Virus record (IMG/VR): IMGVR_UViG_2721755645_000001
Origin: a virus
Taxonomy: Monodnaviria; Loebvirae; Hofneiviricota; Faserviricetes; Tubulavirales; Inoviridae
Length of the DNA: 17,017 nt
Reading direction: 5' to 3' (one strand)
A program made the position numbers and the translations under genes. Shown here piece after piece: positions 1 to 7,324 of the stretch. Within the stretch, counting starts at the first letter, position 1; the number at the start of each line of letters is the position of its first letter. Under the pieces are notes generated by a model. It was not told the origin of the DNA, did no database searches, and was given only the letters and a program-made list of their open reading frames with translations.

Positions 1-2
1 TT

Positions 3-34
3 GGTGCGCATAATGTCAACGCGTTATGTTGAAA
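3..34. other. dif-like XerC/XerD recombination site (att) at the left prophage boundary
   Basis: GGTGCGCATAA (3..13) is identical to the XerC-binding arm of E. coli dif; a 10-bp central region TGTCAACGCG follows, then TTATGTTGAAA, which resembles the XerD arm TTATGTTAAAT with 2 mismatches. Confidence 0.6.
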
Positions 35-68
35 AGGCCGCTGCGAAAATCGAATCCCGCAGCGGCCT
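35..68 (-). terminator. Rho-independent terminator candidate downstream of the 309-aa cargo gene
   Basis: GC-rich inverted repeat GGCCGCTGCG (36..45) / CGCAGCGGCC (58..67) with a 12-nt loop; on the minus strand it is followed by TTTTC; the gene's stop is at 101. Confidence 0.5.
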
Positions 69-100
69 CTTTAGCATAACGTCATTGTGCGAACCAATAG

Positions 101-1030
101 CTACTTTTTCGTATAACTCTCTTCGCATTTAGCCAAAAACAGCAGATTAGTAGCGGTTAAATGAAGGGTATAACTCGCTAAATACTCAGGAACTTTTGTT
201 ATTTCTGCCCCTTGTCCATGTCCACCTTCTTTATTTCGAATGGTTGGAATACCACTCTCAAGTAGAATTCTTATTGAAGAAAATTGATTCTGGAGGTATT
301 CAGGTACTAAATTATTTGCCAAACAACTGTTAATTAGTTTTTTAGCTGTGTCAGTATCATTAAATTGCCAAGAATGTTTTTTATGTATGGCTTTCATTAG
401 ACTTTCAAAAGATTTGAGGCAATCATTTAAACATTCTTTATATCGCTGATGTCTATAATGCTCATGGGCGGATAAAAACTCATCGTTTGCTCCGTTATAA
501 CTCTTGTTCTTACCAAGAATCTGAAGCGTAGGCTTTACAACATCAGAATGAATGAATTGTGAGTCAACTTTAACCAACTCTCCTGACTCAAATTGATATC
601 CAAGACCTGCTTCTTTAAACCTGATATTAAGTTCTTCAATAGCATCATCAGGACTTTGCTTTACTAACCCTCTGAATTTCCACTCATTTGATCTTATATA
701 CCCGTCTATCAGTTTGAAACATATCTCAATGATATCCAAGCATTTTTCATGATCTCTCTCAGCTAGGAAATAGTCAAAAATTGCCCCGAAATTCGATTCA
801 GGATACTGTTTGAGAGAGAATACACCATATTCCTTACACAGCGTTTTATGAACGAGTCTGTAAAGCTTACTTGCTTCCGTTTCATAGTCACTATCTTCAC
901 CGATAGTATCTCTTACAATATGAACAACCTGAACACGAAATGCATTTGGTATATTCGTGTATTGGTAAACATCAGCTACTTCACCTCTTAATTTTTTTTG
1001 TCTTTTTGAAAATAATTCGAATATAGCCAA
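101..1030 (-). CDS. Hypothetical 309-aa cargo protein; possible HEPN-type C-terminal domain (R265-x5-H271); function unknown
   Basis: Long ORF with GAGGA Shine-Dalgarno 7 nt upstream of the ATG; very AT-rich (about 30-32% GC in hand-sampled stretches) compared with neighbours; C-terminal motif IRNKEGGHG; terminator hairpin downstream. Confidence 0.75.
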   Translation of the reverse strand: MAIFELFSKRQKKLRGEVADVYQYTNIPNAFRVQVVHIVRDTIGEDSDYETEASKLYRLVHKTLCKEYGVFSLKQYPESNFGAIFDYFLAERDHEKCLDIIEICFKLIDGYIRSNEWKFRGLVKQSPDDAIEELNIRFKEAGLGYQFESGELVKVDSQFIHSDVVKPTLQILGKNKSYNGANDEFLSAHEHYRHQRYKECLNDCLKSFESLMKAIHKKHSWQFNDTDTAKKLINSCLANNLVPEYLQNQFSSIRILLESGIPTIRNKEGGHGQGAEITKVPEYLASYTLHLTATNLLFLAKCEESYTKK

Positions 1031-1116
1031 TTTATAATCCTCAAAGATATGCCATTAATATGTCTGAGTTGATGAAAATCACACCGCTTTTACAGTCGTT
1101 TTCCACGGTGGAGTTA

Positions 1117-1536
1117 TCAGTAATATGAGTTTCTTCTGTGCCACCAATAAAGAAGTCCGTATCCAATGATAAGAATTCCGAAAAACATCAACGACATTCC
1201 CCAGCCAGTTCCGTACCACGAAACCATATCATCGAAAACCAACCCACCCATTTCACGTACTCCGGCAGCTTCCTTAAGAATTGGTTTGAATACCGGAATC
1301 AGAAGGGCGATCGCCAGTGGAGCACCCCAGCGAACAAGACCTGTTTCCATTTTGATCCCGAAAAAGATCCCCGCTCCGACAGCAAGCAACCAGACTACCA
1401 GGCCAGGCGCAGTTTCCAGTGCTGTTTGCCATTCAACATCGAAAGTTTTCATTAGCCAGGCAACAACTGCCAGACAGAAAGCAAATACGCCGACGACAAC
1501 CAGTTCAACGCCGCTTGTTTCGTTATTTCTACTCAT
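1117..1536 (-). CDS. Small integral membrane protein, about 4 predicted TM helices, unknown function
   Basis: 139 aa with four hydrophobic stretches (LVVVGVFAFCLAVVAWLM, LVVWLLAVGAGIFFGI, PLAIALLIPVF, LMFFGILIIGYGLLYWW); about 52% GC in sampled stretches; AAGGA upstream of the ATG. Confidence 0.65.
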   Translation of the reverse strand: MSRNNETSGVELVVVGVFAFCLAVVAWLMKTFDVEWQTALETAPGLVVWLLAVGAGIFFGIKMETGLVRWGAPLAIALLIPVFKPILKEAAGVREMGGLVFDDMVSWYGTGWGMSLMFFGILIIGYGLLYWWHRRNSYY

Positions 1537-1578
1537 CCTTTTGATCCTTTTTCACTGTTCAAAATTCGCACAATAAAG

Positions 1579-1607
1579 AACGTGCAGTGTTGGTAATACT
1601 GCACGTT
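1579..1607 (-). terminator. Perfect 10-bp inverted repeat (AACGTGCAGT-N9-ACTGCACGTT); candidate terminator or attenuator after the repressor gene, or an operator
   Basis: Hairpin lies 29 nt downstream of the repressor stop (1636) on the minus strand and is followed on that strand by a T-rich tract (CTTTATTGTG). Confidence 0.4.
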
Positions 1608-1635
1608 TGTCTCATTCCTGAGACTGTTAATCCTT

Positions 1636-2082
1636 TTACTCTTCTCCAGACACCGCTTTTTTCATAAACATTTTAGTACTGTAAGTGTATGAACTTAAGG
1701 CAGAAACTTGCCTTGCGAGTGCCAGAATATCTTGTTTTTCCAGTGTCCTGATGTTCCACACGATGAAATTATGTGCGTTAGTGGTTTCTTCATCAGTATA
1801 TCCATCCGCAGAAGTGATTAGCTTCCGCTCGGTAGCTTCTTCTTTAACATCAAGAGCATAGCCATAAGCTAAGGTGTTTAAGTCTGCACCCGTAATTTTA
1901 GCTATCTGAATGATGTCACTGAATTTAGGTTCAGTTTTGCCGGACGCTATCCTGACCAGCGTACTCACGCTAATGCCAGTCTTCTCGGCCAGTTCTTCAT
2001 AAGTCGAGTGTTCCAGAATTACCTTTTTGATACGTTCTGCTCTCTGTTTGTCCGCCATAACTTCATGCTCATTGTTGCCCAT
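1636..2082 (-). CDS. XRE-family helix-turn-helix transcriptional regulator (phage repressor-like, analogous in position to RstR)
   Basis: 148 aa; N-terminal HTH-like segment YEELAEKTGISVSTLVRIASGKTEPKFSDIIQIAKITGADLNTL; divergently transcribed from the replication gene; GGAG 8 nt upstream of the ATG. Confidence 0.7.
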   Translation of the reverse strand: MGNNEHEVMADKQRAERIKKVILEHSTYEELAEKTGISVSTLVRIASGKTEPKFSDIIQIAKITGADLNTLAYGYALDVKEEATERKLITSADGYTDEETTNAHNFIVWNIRTLEKQDILALARQVSALSSYTYSTKMFMKKAVSGEE

Positions 2083-2253
2083 CTACTTGGCTCCATCTTA
2101 ACAGTGGTTTTTCAATAGTTAGATTTGATGCTCATTTCTGACAATTTAAACATTGCAAATGTATTGACTGTCAGATCTGAGCATATTACATTGTGACCAT
2201 TCAATCTGCTCACAAATGACTATTGACACATATTTTGATGGGTGTGACTACTT
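2083..2253. promoter_or_regulatory. Divergent promoter/operator region between the repressor and replication genes
   Basis: Rightward sigma70-like candidate: -35 TTGACT (2164..2169), 17-bp spacer, -10 TACATT (2187..2192). Overlapping palindromes TGACTGTCA (2165..2173) and TCAGATCTGA (2171..2180) and further TGAC repeats are candidate repressor sites. Confidence 0.45.
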
Positions 2254-3306
2254 ATGATCGACTGGTTTACCGGAATCCTGCCTTGCACACACCGACCGTT
2301 ACCGGCTGGTAGTGTCGTCAGCGTCGATGCTGACGGTGCAGTGGAGTGGGAAACAGTAAAACGGTTGACCGTTCGCGGTTCGCATGAGTCCACAATGAAA
2401 GTAAGGTCTGTTGGATCTGATGGTGAAGGTCGGGCAACACATCTCTACATTGACGGTAATCCATCAAAGTTTTTGCAAGGTCACTCTGTTATCGGTTCCG
2501 ACGATTTGCAAGGGTTGGTGTTAACAGCTTACGCCAGAATATTGGCATTACTGCATATTCCTCATGATCTACCATCCTATCGGCAGGTCATGAAAGGGCA
2601 ATTTAAGATCTCGCGCATCGATATCAATTACATGTATTCATTGTCAACATTAGAAAATGTCCGCGCATGGTTATATGCCGCAGAATTTAAAGCTAAAACT
2701 CGCCACGGTCGCGCCTGTAGTAAAGGTGGCACTGTTTACTTAGGGAAAAACTCCCGTCGTTGGAGCCTGAAATTTTATTCAAAATATGATGAGCATACAT
2801 CTGGCAAAAAAGGGCACCAGATGGCAGACGAATTCGTTAAAGCTGGTTTACTGGACTGGTCAAAAGATAAATTACGCATTGAATTAACATTAAGAACAAC
2901 TGAATTAATTGATTTGAATCTTACGCTTGGTAATAGCTGGAATATTGAGACGCCCAATAAATTATTCTCTGACTATGTAGGGAGAATAGAAATGAATCAA
3001 AATACTATATTAACTGATGAAAAAATAATTAATCTCCCAAGAAAAATACAGTCTACATATTTATTGTGGAAGCAGGGCGCGAACATGAAAGAGATGTTAC
3101 CGAAACCTACATTCTACCGACACCGTAAAGAATTACTTTCTTTCGGAATAGATATTAACTTTTATTGTGAGTCACCGGATTCTAATAACGTTGTTCCGTT
3201 GGTTCGTACTCTTGAAGCCAAACCAGCCAAAATTCCATCATGGGTTTATGAGAAAGGTTTAATTTTCGATTATAACCGTATTTCACATGCCAGTAACTGG
3301 CATTAA
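2254..3306 (+). CDS. Putative rolling-circle replication initiation protein (gene II / RstA-like)
   Basis: 350-aa ORF, first gene of the plus-strand module and divergent from the repressor, as in Ff and CTX-type phages; assignment by synteny and size only, no catalytic motif verified. Confidence 0.55.
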   Translation: MIDWFTGILPCTHRPLPAGSVVSVDADGAVEWETVKRLTVRGSHESTMKVRSVGSDGEGRATHLYIDGNPSKFLQGHSVIGSDDLQGLVLTAYARILALLHIPHDLPSYRQVMKGQFKISRIDINYMYSLSTLENVRAWLYAAEFKAKTRHGRACSKGGTVYLGKNSRRWSLKFYSKYDEHTSGKKGHQMADEFVKAGLLDWSKDKLRIELTLRTTELIDLNLTLGNSWNIETPNKLFSDYVGRIEMNQNTILTDEKIINLPRKIQSTYLLWKQGANMKEMLPKPTFYRHRKELLSFGIDINFYCESPDSNNVVPLVRTLEAKPAKIPSWVYEKGLIFDYNRISHASNWH

Positions 3307-3317
3307 AGGAGAGTGAT

Positions 3318-3635
3318 ATGTCTAATTATGGTCTTTTTGTAAAAGGTAAAATGCTTGGTGCTCGCCAGCGTAATAAGGTCAATGGTCAGGGATACTATAA
3401 TGAAATTGGTGTTGGCTTAGAGATTCCTGATGGTTTTGGCGGCACTAAGCAAGACCAGATTATTATTCGTGTATCTCAGGCTCTTGTTAATGCCGGTGTA
3501 ATGAATCAGGCAAATAATTTTATCGGTAAGTTAGTCCAGATACCTGTATATGTTCGCGTCTGGTCAATGGAGGGGAGGGAAGGAGTAACTTATAACATTT
3601 CATCAGATGGCGGCATTACTGAAATAAAAGGCTGA
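3318..3635 (+). CDS. Putative ssDNA-binding protein (gene V / RstB-like)
   Basis: 105-aa ORF directly after the replication gene; strong AAGGAGAG Shine-Dalgarno; position matches gV in Ff synteny. Confidence 0.45.
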   Translation: MSNYGLFVKGKMLGARQRNKVNGQGYYNEIGVGLEIPDGFGGTKQDQIIIRVSQALVNAGVMNQANNFIGKLVQIPVYVRVWSMEGREGVTYNISSDGGITEIKG

Positions 3636-3637
3636 TT

Positions 3638-3889
3638 ATGGATACATCAGGTTTCGATATTCAGTTTGATAATCATATTCCTGAAAATGGTTACCGTATT
3701 GAAGGTTATTTATGTAATGCGAACAATGCAAAAGAATGTCAGGCAATAATGGTACGTTCTGAACCATTTCATCAAATTGATTATTCTGCAATGGGAAATT
3801 ACTGGACATTAGGTTTTGGCTCTGTCCTGCTGCTCTGGCTTTTTTCTGTAGGTGTGGGACAGGTAATAAAGATGGTTCGTACTGCTTGA
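3638..3889 (+). CDS. Small protein with a C-terminal hydrophobic segment; possible minor coat or morphogenesis protein
   Basis: 83 aa, start 2 nt after the upstream stop; C-terminal segment WTLGFGSVLLLWLFSVGVGQVI; position corresponds to gVII/gIX in Ff order. Confidence 0.4.
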   Translation: MDTSGFDIQFDNHIPENGYRIEGYLCNANNAKECQAIMVRSEPFHQIDYSAMGNYWTLGFGSVLLLWLFSVGVGQVIKMVRTA

Positions 3890-3923
3890 ATGCGAACCTT
3901 TAAAATGTAATGGAGATAGAGTT

Positions 3924-4157
3924 ATGTTTAAAAAAATCGTTAGTTTTCTGGCTGTACCTGCATTAATGGCTGTTTCTGGCGCGACTTTCGCTGCAGAAGG
4001 AGCGGCATCAAGTGGTGTTGATTTATCGCCGCTGACGAACAGCATTGATTTCAGTACAGTTCTGGTTGCGATTATGGCCGTTGCTGCTTCACTGGTAACA
4101 CTTTATGCCGGTGTCGCTGGCGTTCGCTGGGTATTGCGTACCGTTAAATCCGCATAA
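3924..4157 (+). CDS. Major coat protein (gene VIII-like)
   Basis: 77 aa; signal peptide MFKKIVSFLAVPALMAVSGATFA with AXA-type cleavage, acidic mature N-terminus, hydrophobic core and basic C-terminus (RWVLRTVKSA); GGAGA Shine-Dalgarno; strong terminator follows. Confidence 0.75.
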   Translation: MFKKIVSFLAVPALMAVSGATFAAEGAASSGVDLSPLTNSIDFSTVLVAIMAVAASLVTLYAGVAGVRWVLRTVKSA

Positions 4158-4170
4158 ATTCATTATTCAT

Positions 4171-4195
4171 GGGCGATGCAATATCGCCCGTTTTA
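4171..4195 (+). terminator. Rho-independent terminator after the coat gene
   Basis: Stem GGGCGAT (4171..4177) / ATCGCCC (4183..4189) with a 5-nt loop, followed by GTTTTA; matches the position of the gVIII terminator in Ff phages. Confidence 0.7.
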
Positions 4196-4221
4196 CTTGA
4201 GGTTATTATGGAGATTGAATT

Positions 4222-5934
4222 ATGGAAATTGGGTTCCCTTTTATGGGGGATCGTCTCAGCTTATGTCGTTATTCTTGGGCTAAGAGGCTGACGGTTTATT
4301 CCTTTATTTTTTCCTTTCTCTGGGTTTCCTTTCCCCGATATTCATATTCATTTGTACCAGCAATTGCAGCAGTGGCTGCGCGGGCTGTTATTCCTAAAGT
4401 CGTTGGCCGGGTGCTTGTTCGTCGCTTTGCTGCCAATGATGCGATTTATACGGCATCACAGCTTACAGCAACCCGTGTTTTTGTTGGCCGCGCTGCGGCT
4501 AATGCTGCCGAATACTTGCCTGCTGCCTCATCATACAAAATGAGCGGTGTTGCAACGTGGGCGGGTATTGCTGCTGCTGTATCATCTTTTGTTCCGTCTT
4601 CTTTGAGTTCATCTGACGGCTCGGTAATGGTAATGACTAACGGTAAAAAGATTTCCGATAATTTATATGAAGTAACGTACAGTGGTCAAAGTGGTGAAAG
4701 TAAGACGATAACCGTTAATTTTGAACCACAGGAATTAAGTCCGGTAATCCTTCATGTTAGTCGTAATAATGTGGATGCGGGTTCTCCAGTTGTAGGTGTT
4801 GAAACAGGATATTCCACGCCAGATAATGCACTTTATTATTATCAGGATTCGAAAGAGCTAATTTATTACTATGGTGATAATCCAACTGAAATTGCCAGAA
4901 ATTATCTTAATGACTATAACTCGCGTACTTATACTGAAACACTAACGAATTTTGAACGCACTGTGACGAATAAAGTTGTCAACAGTAATGGAGATGTCTC
5001 CTTTACTGAACAGAATTATAAGTTTACTTATCCTTCCTCATTTTATGAAATTCCTGAGATTACACACTTGTATAGCAACCCGGCCGCATCTTCATTTCCC
5101 GCAGGTATTCCCATGTATGAAAATGTAGCAGGGCTTCCCATGTATTACAGCGTTGCTTATTTAACAGCAGGAAAGCAATATCAGTATCACAACACGCCTT
5201 GTAAAACGACTAATCAGTCAAATGGTGGATATTCGACGATTTGCGCCGTTCCTGAAAAAGAGGATTACACCACAAAAGATATTGATGAAAAGAGTGAGCT
5301 TACTATCTGGACCAATACCAAATATAAAGCCATGACGGAAGTACTGGAGGCCGGAAATATTGAGTCCATGATTGATTATCTGGAGTATCTTGATAGTGTT
5401 AGTGTATCGCCAGCACTTCTTGCCGACATGATTAACGAGCTGTGGTCTGAAGCTGCCGTTAATGCCGATTATAACGGCTTACCGTTTAAAGAGGTTTCAC
5501 CGGCTGAAGTAACTTCTGCGATGTCGGAACTTAGGCTATCTCCAACGTTATTAGATATGCTTTCACCTGTATCTGACAGTGCAGGGGCTGACGTCAATAT
5601 TGATATTACCATTAATAACAACTCAGGATCTGACACTGGAAATAATGGCAATATAGATTTGGGAGAAGATCCCGGTGTAAAAGAGCCTGAGCTTGAAGAA
5701 ACGCCAACGGCAAGAGATATTTTAACGCCAATTATTAACTTGTTGCCTTTTACAAACGAATTTAACATCGGCTCTCGTTCAGCATCCTGCCCCGTTGTTG
5801 AATTCAGCGTGTTTAATCACCAGTACAGAATTGACTCCCATTGTCCGTTAATTGAGCAGAACAGAAGCGCCGTAGAAACCATATTTCTGATTATATGGGG
5901 ATTTGTTGCGCTCCGTATTATTCTTAGTGCCTAA
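4222..5934 (+). CDS. Minor coat / adsorption protein (gene III-like)
   Basis: 570 aa; signal-like hydrophobic N-terminal segment, Gly/Ser/Asn-rich linker (NNNSGSDTGNNGN) and C-terminal membrane anchor (IFLIIWGFVALRIILSA); the true start may be the internal ATG at 4243. Confidence 0.65.
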   Translation: MEIGFPFMGDRLSLCRYSWAKRLTVYSFIFSFLWVSFPRYSYSFVPAIAAVAARAVIPKVVGRVLVRRFAANDAIYTASQLTATRVFVGRAAANAAEYLPAASSYKMSGVATWAGIAAAVSSFVPSSLSSSDGSVMVMTNGKKISDNLYEVTYSGQSGESKTITVNFEPQELSPVILHVSRNNVDAGSPVVGVETGYSTPDNALYYYQDSKELIYYYGDNPTEIARNYLNDYNSRTYTETLTNFERTVTNKVVNSNGDVSFTEQNYKFTYPSSFYEIPEITHLYSNPAASSFPAGIPMYENVAGLPMYYSVAYLTAGKQYQYHNTPCKTTNQSNGGYSTICAVPEKEDYTTKDIDEKSELTIWTNTKYKAMTEVLEAGNIESMIDYLEYLDSVSVSPALLADMINELWSEAAVNADYNGLPFKEVSPAEVTSAMSELRLSPTLLDMLSPVSDSAGADVNIDITINNNSGSDTGNNGNIDLGEDPGVKEPELEETPTARDILTPIINLLPFTNEFNIGSRSASCPVVEFSVFNHQYRIDSHCPLIEQNRSAVETIFLIIWGFVALRIILSA

Positions 5935-5946
5935 AGGAGTGCAACT

Positions 5947-6147
5947 ATGTTTGGGATTCTGATTAGTGCATTAAATACTTTGTTAGGTTTTGTATTCCGG
6001 TCATTGATTATTAAATTCGTCGTATTCTTTGCGCTGTATTTTGTAGTCCAGGGCTTCGTTGATATACGGGGAAAAAATAATGAAAAAGATTTTACTCGCA
6101 TTAACGCTACTATTTTCTTCATGTGCTTTCGCAGGGTCAGAGCTTGA
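5947..6147 (+). pseudogene. Truncated gene VI-like ORF; 3' end removed by the 1183-bp deletion in copy 1
   Basis: First 38 codons identical to the 95-aa ORF at 13681..13968, then the frame diverges after the deletion junction (6062|6063) and runs into the gIV region. Confidence 0.7.
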
Positions 6148-7324
6148 ATTAAATAAAGTCAAGCTACCGGAGGCTATTTCTCTTATTTACAGTGAGGTGC
6201 TTAAAGTCCCGTATATGCTAGATCCACAGCTTGTTAATGATGAACGAATGATTACATTCAGGTTAACATCTGATATTGATGAACGGGAATTTGTAACCCG
6301 TTATCTTGGCAATATGAACATTCGAATATGGACGAAAAAGGGTGTTGATTTTATCGCGCCCTATACGCCGAAAGAGCCGGTTAAGCCACGTTATACATGG
6401 ACTTATACGCCTCAGTACCGTTCTGTTGCCTACCTGTCTGATATTCTTGGCGGCTACGTTTCAGGCTCCTTCAATAACAGTGGAGCCGTGATTTCTGACG
6501 ATTCGCTAAAAGGTTCATCAGGGGCAAGCAACTACATCAATCGAACCGGTGATATTCTGGTTTATTATGGTACGAAAGAGGATATCGCCATCCTGAAAAC
6601 ACTGGTCACTTCGCTGGATACGATGAGTGATGAAGTGGTTGTTTCTGGTTATGTTTTTGAGGTTCAGACCTCGCAGTCTGACGGCTCCGGCATTCTTTTA
6701 GCGGCTAAAATTCTGTCTGATAAATTCAATATTTCAGTTGGTGCTGCCGGACTGGATAATTTTATCAATATTCGAACCGGCTCCATTGATGCCATTTTCA
6801 ATCTGCTGAAAACCGACAGTCGTTTTACTGTTGTCAGTGCGCCACGACTGCGGGTAAAAAATAATGCCTCAGCGTCTTTTTCAGTCGGCTCTGATGTGCC
6901 AGTACTGGGCAGTGTTACGGTGAATAACAATACGACAACGCAATCCGTTGAATATCGTTCCAGCGGTGTTTTGTTTAACGTGACGCCATCAATCAAAAGT
7001 CGGACAATGGATCTCAAGATTCAGCAGCAGCTTTCCAACTTTGTGACCACTGAAACCGGCGTCAATAACTCGCCAACCCTTATCAAGCGTGATGTAACAA
7101 CCGAAGTCAGCCTTGCAGATGGTGATATTATTTTACTTGGTGGCCTTGCTGAACAGAAAGACAGTAAGGCCAGTTCCGGCTGGAGCTTCTTCGGTTCCCG
7201 TACCAGTGAAAGCAACAAGACTGATATTATGGTGATGCTTCAGGTCAGAAAGGTTGACCGGAGCAGGGCGACGCCCCGCAGCGCCGCGAGGAGCGGTGAA
7301 CTGTTCCGGGACAACCTGAACTGA
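6080..7324 (+). CDS. Secretin (gene IV-like outer-membrane export channel), copy 1
   Basis: 414 aa from the ATG at 6080; signal peptide MKKILLALTLLFSSCAFA; C-terminal secretin-like motif DGDIILLGGL. The ORF-track start at 6059 is an in-frame ATG created by the deletion junction. Confidence 0.8.
   Translation: MKKILLALTLLFSSCAFAGSELELNKVKLPEAISLIYSEVLKVPYMLDPQLVNDERMITFRLTSDIDEREFVTRYLGNMNIRIWTKKGVDFIAPYTPKEPVKPRYTWTYTPQYRSVAYLSDILGGYVSGSFNNSGAVISDDSLKGSSGASNYINRTGDILVYYGTKEDIAILKTLVTSLDTMSDEVVVSGYVFEVQTSQSDGSGILLAAKILSDKFNISVGAAGLDNFINIRTGSIDAIFNLLKTDSRFTVVSAPRLRVKNNASASFSVGSDVPVLGSVTVNNNTTTQSVEYRSSGVLFNVTPSIKSRTMDLKIQQQLSNFVTTETGVNNSPTLIKRDVTTEVSLADGDIILLGGLAEQKDSKASSGWSFFGSRTSESNKTDIMVMLQVRKVDRSRATPRSAARSGELFRDNLN

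Noticed and set aside
1138-1576. Plus-strand ORFs 1138..1455 and 1166..1576 (and copy-2 equivalents 8872..9189, 8900..9310)
   Set aside because: They lie antisense within the 139-aa membrane-protein gene, have low-complexity Pro/Thr/Ser-rich translations and no ribosome-binding site; judged frame artefacts.
6059-6079. ORF-track start of gene IV at 6059 in copy 1 (421 aa)
   Set aside because: The upstream in-frame ATG is created by the deletion junction; copy 2 shows the native start equivalent to 6080 with its own Shine-Dalgarno, giving the same 414-aa secretin.
6080-6140. Lipoprotein signal (lipobox) in the secretin N-terminus (LFSSC)
   Set aside because: The residues before the Cys (F-S-S) fit the lipobox consensus poorly; a signal peptidase I site AFA|GSE is more likely.
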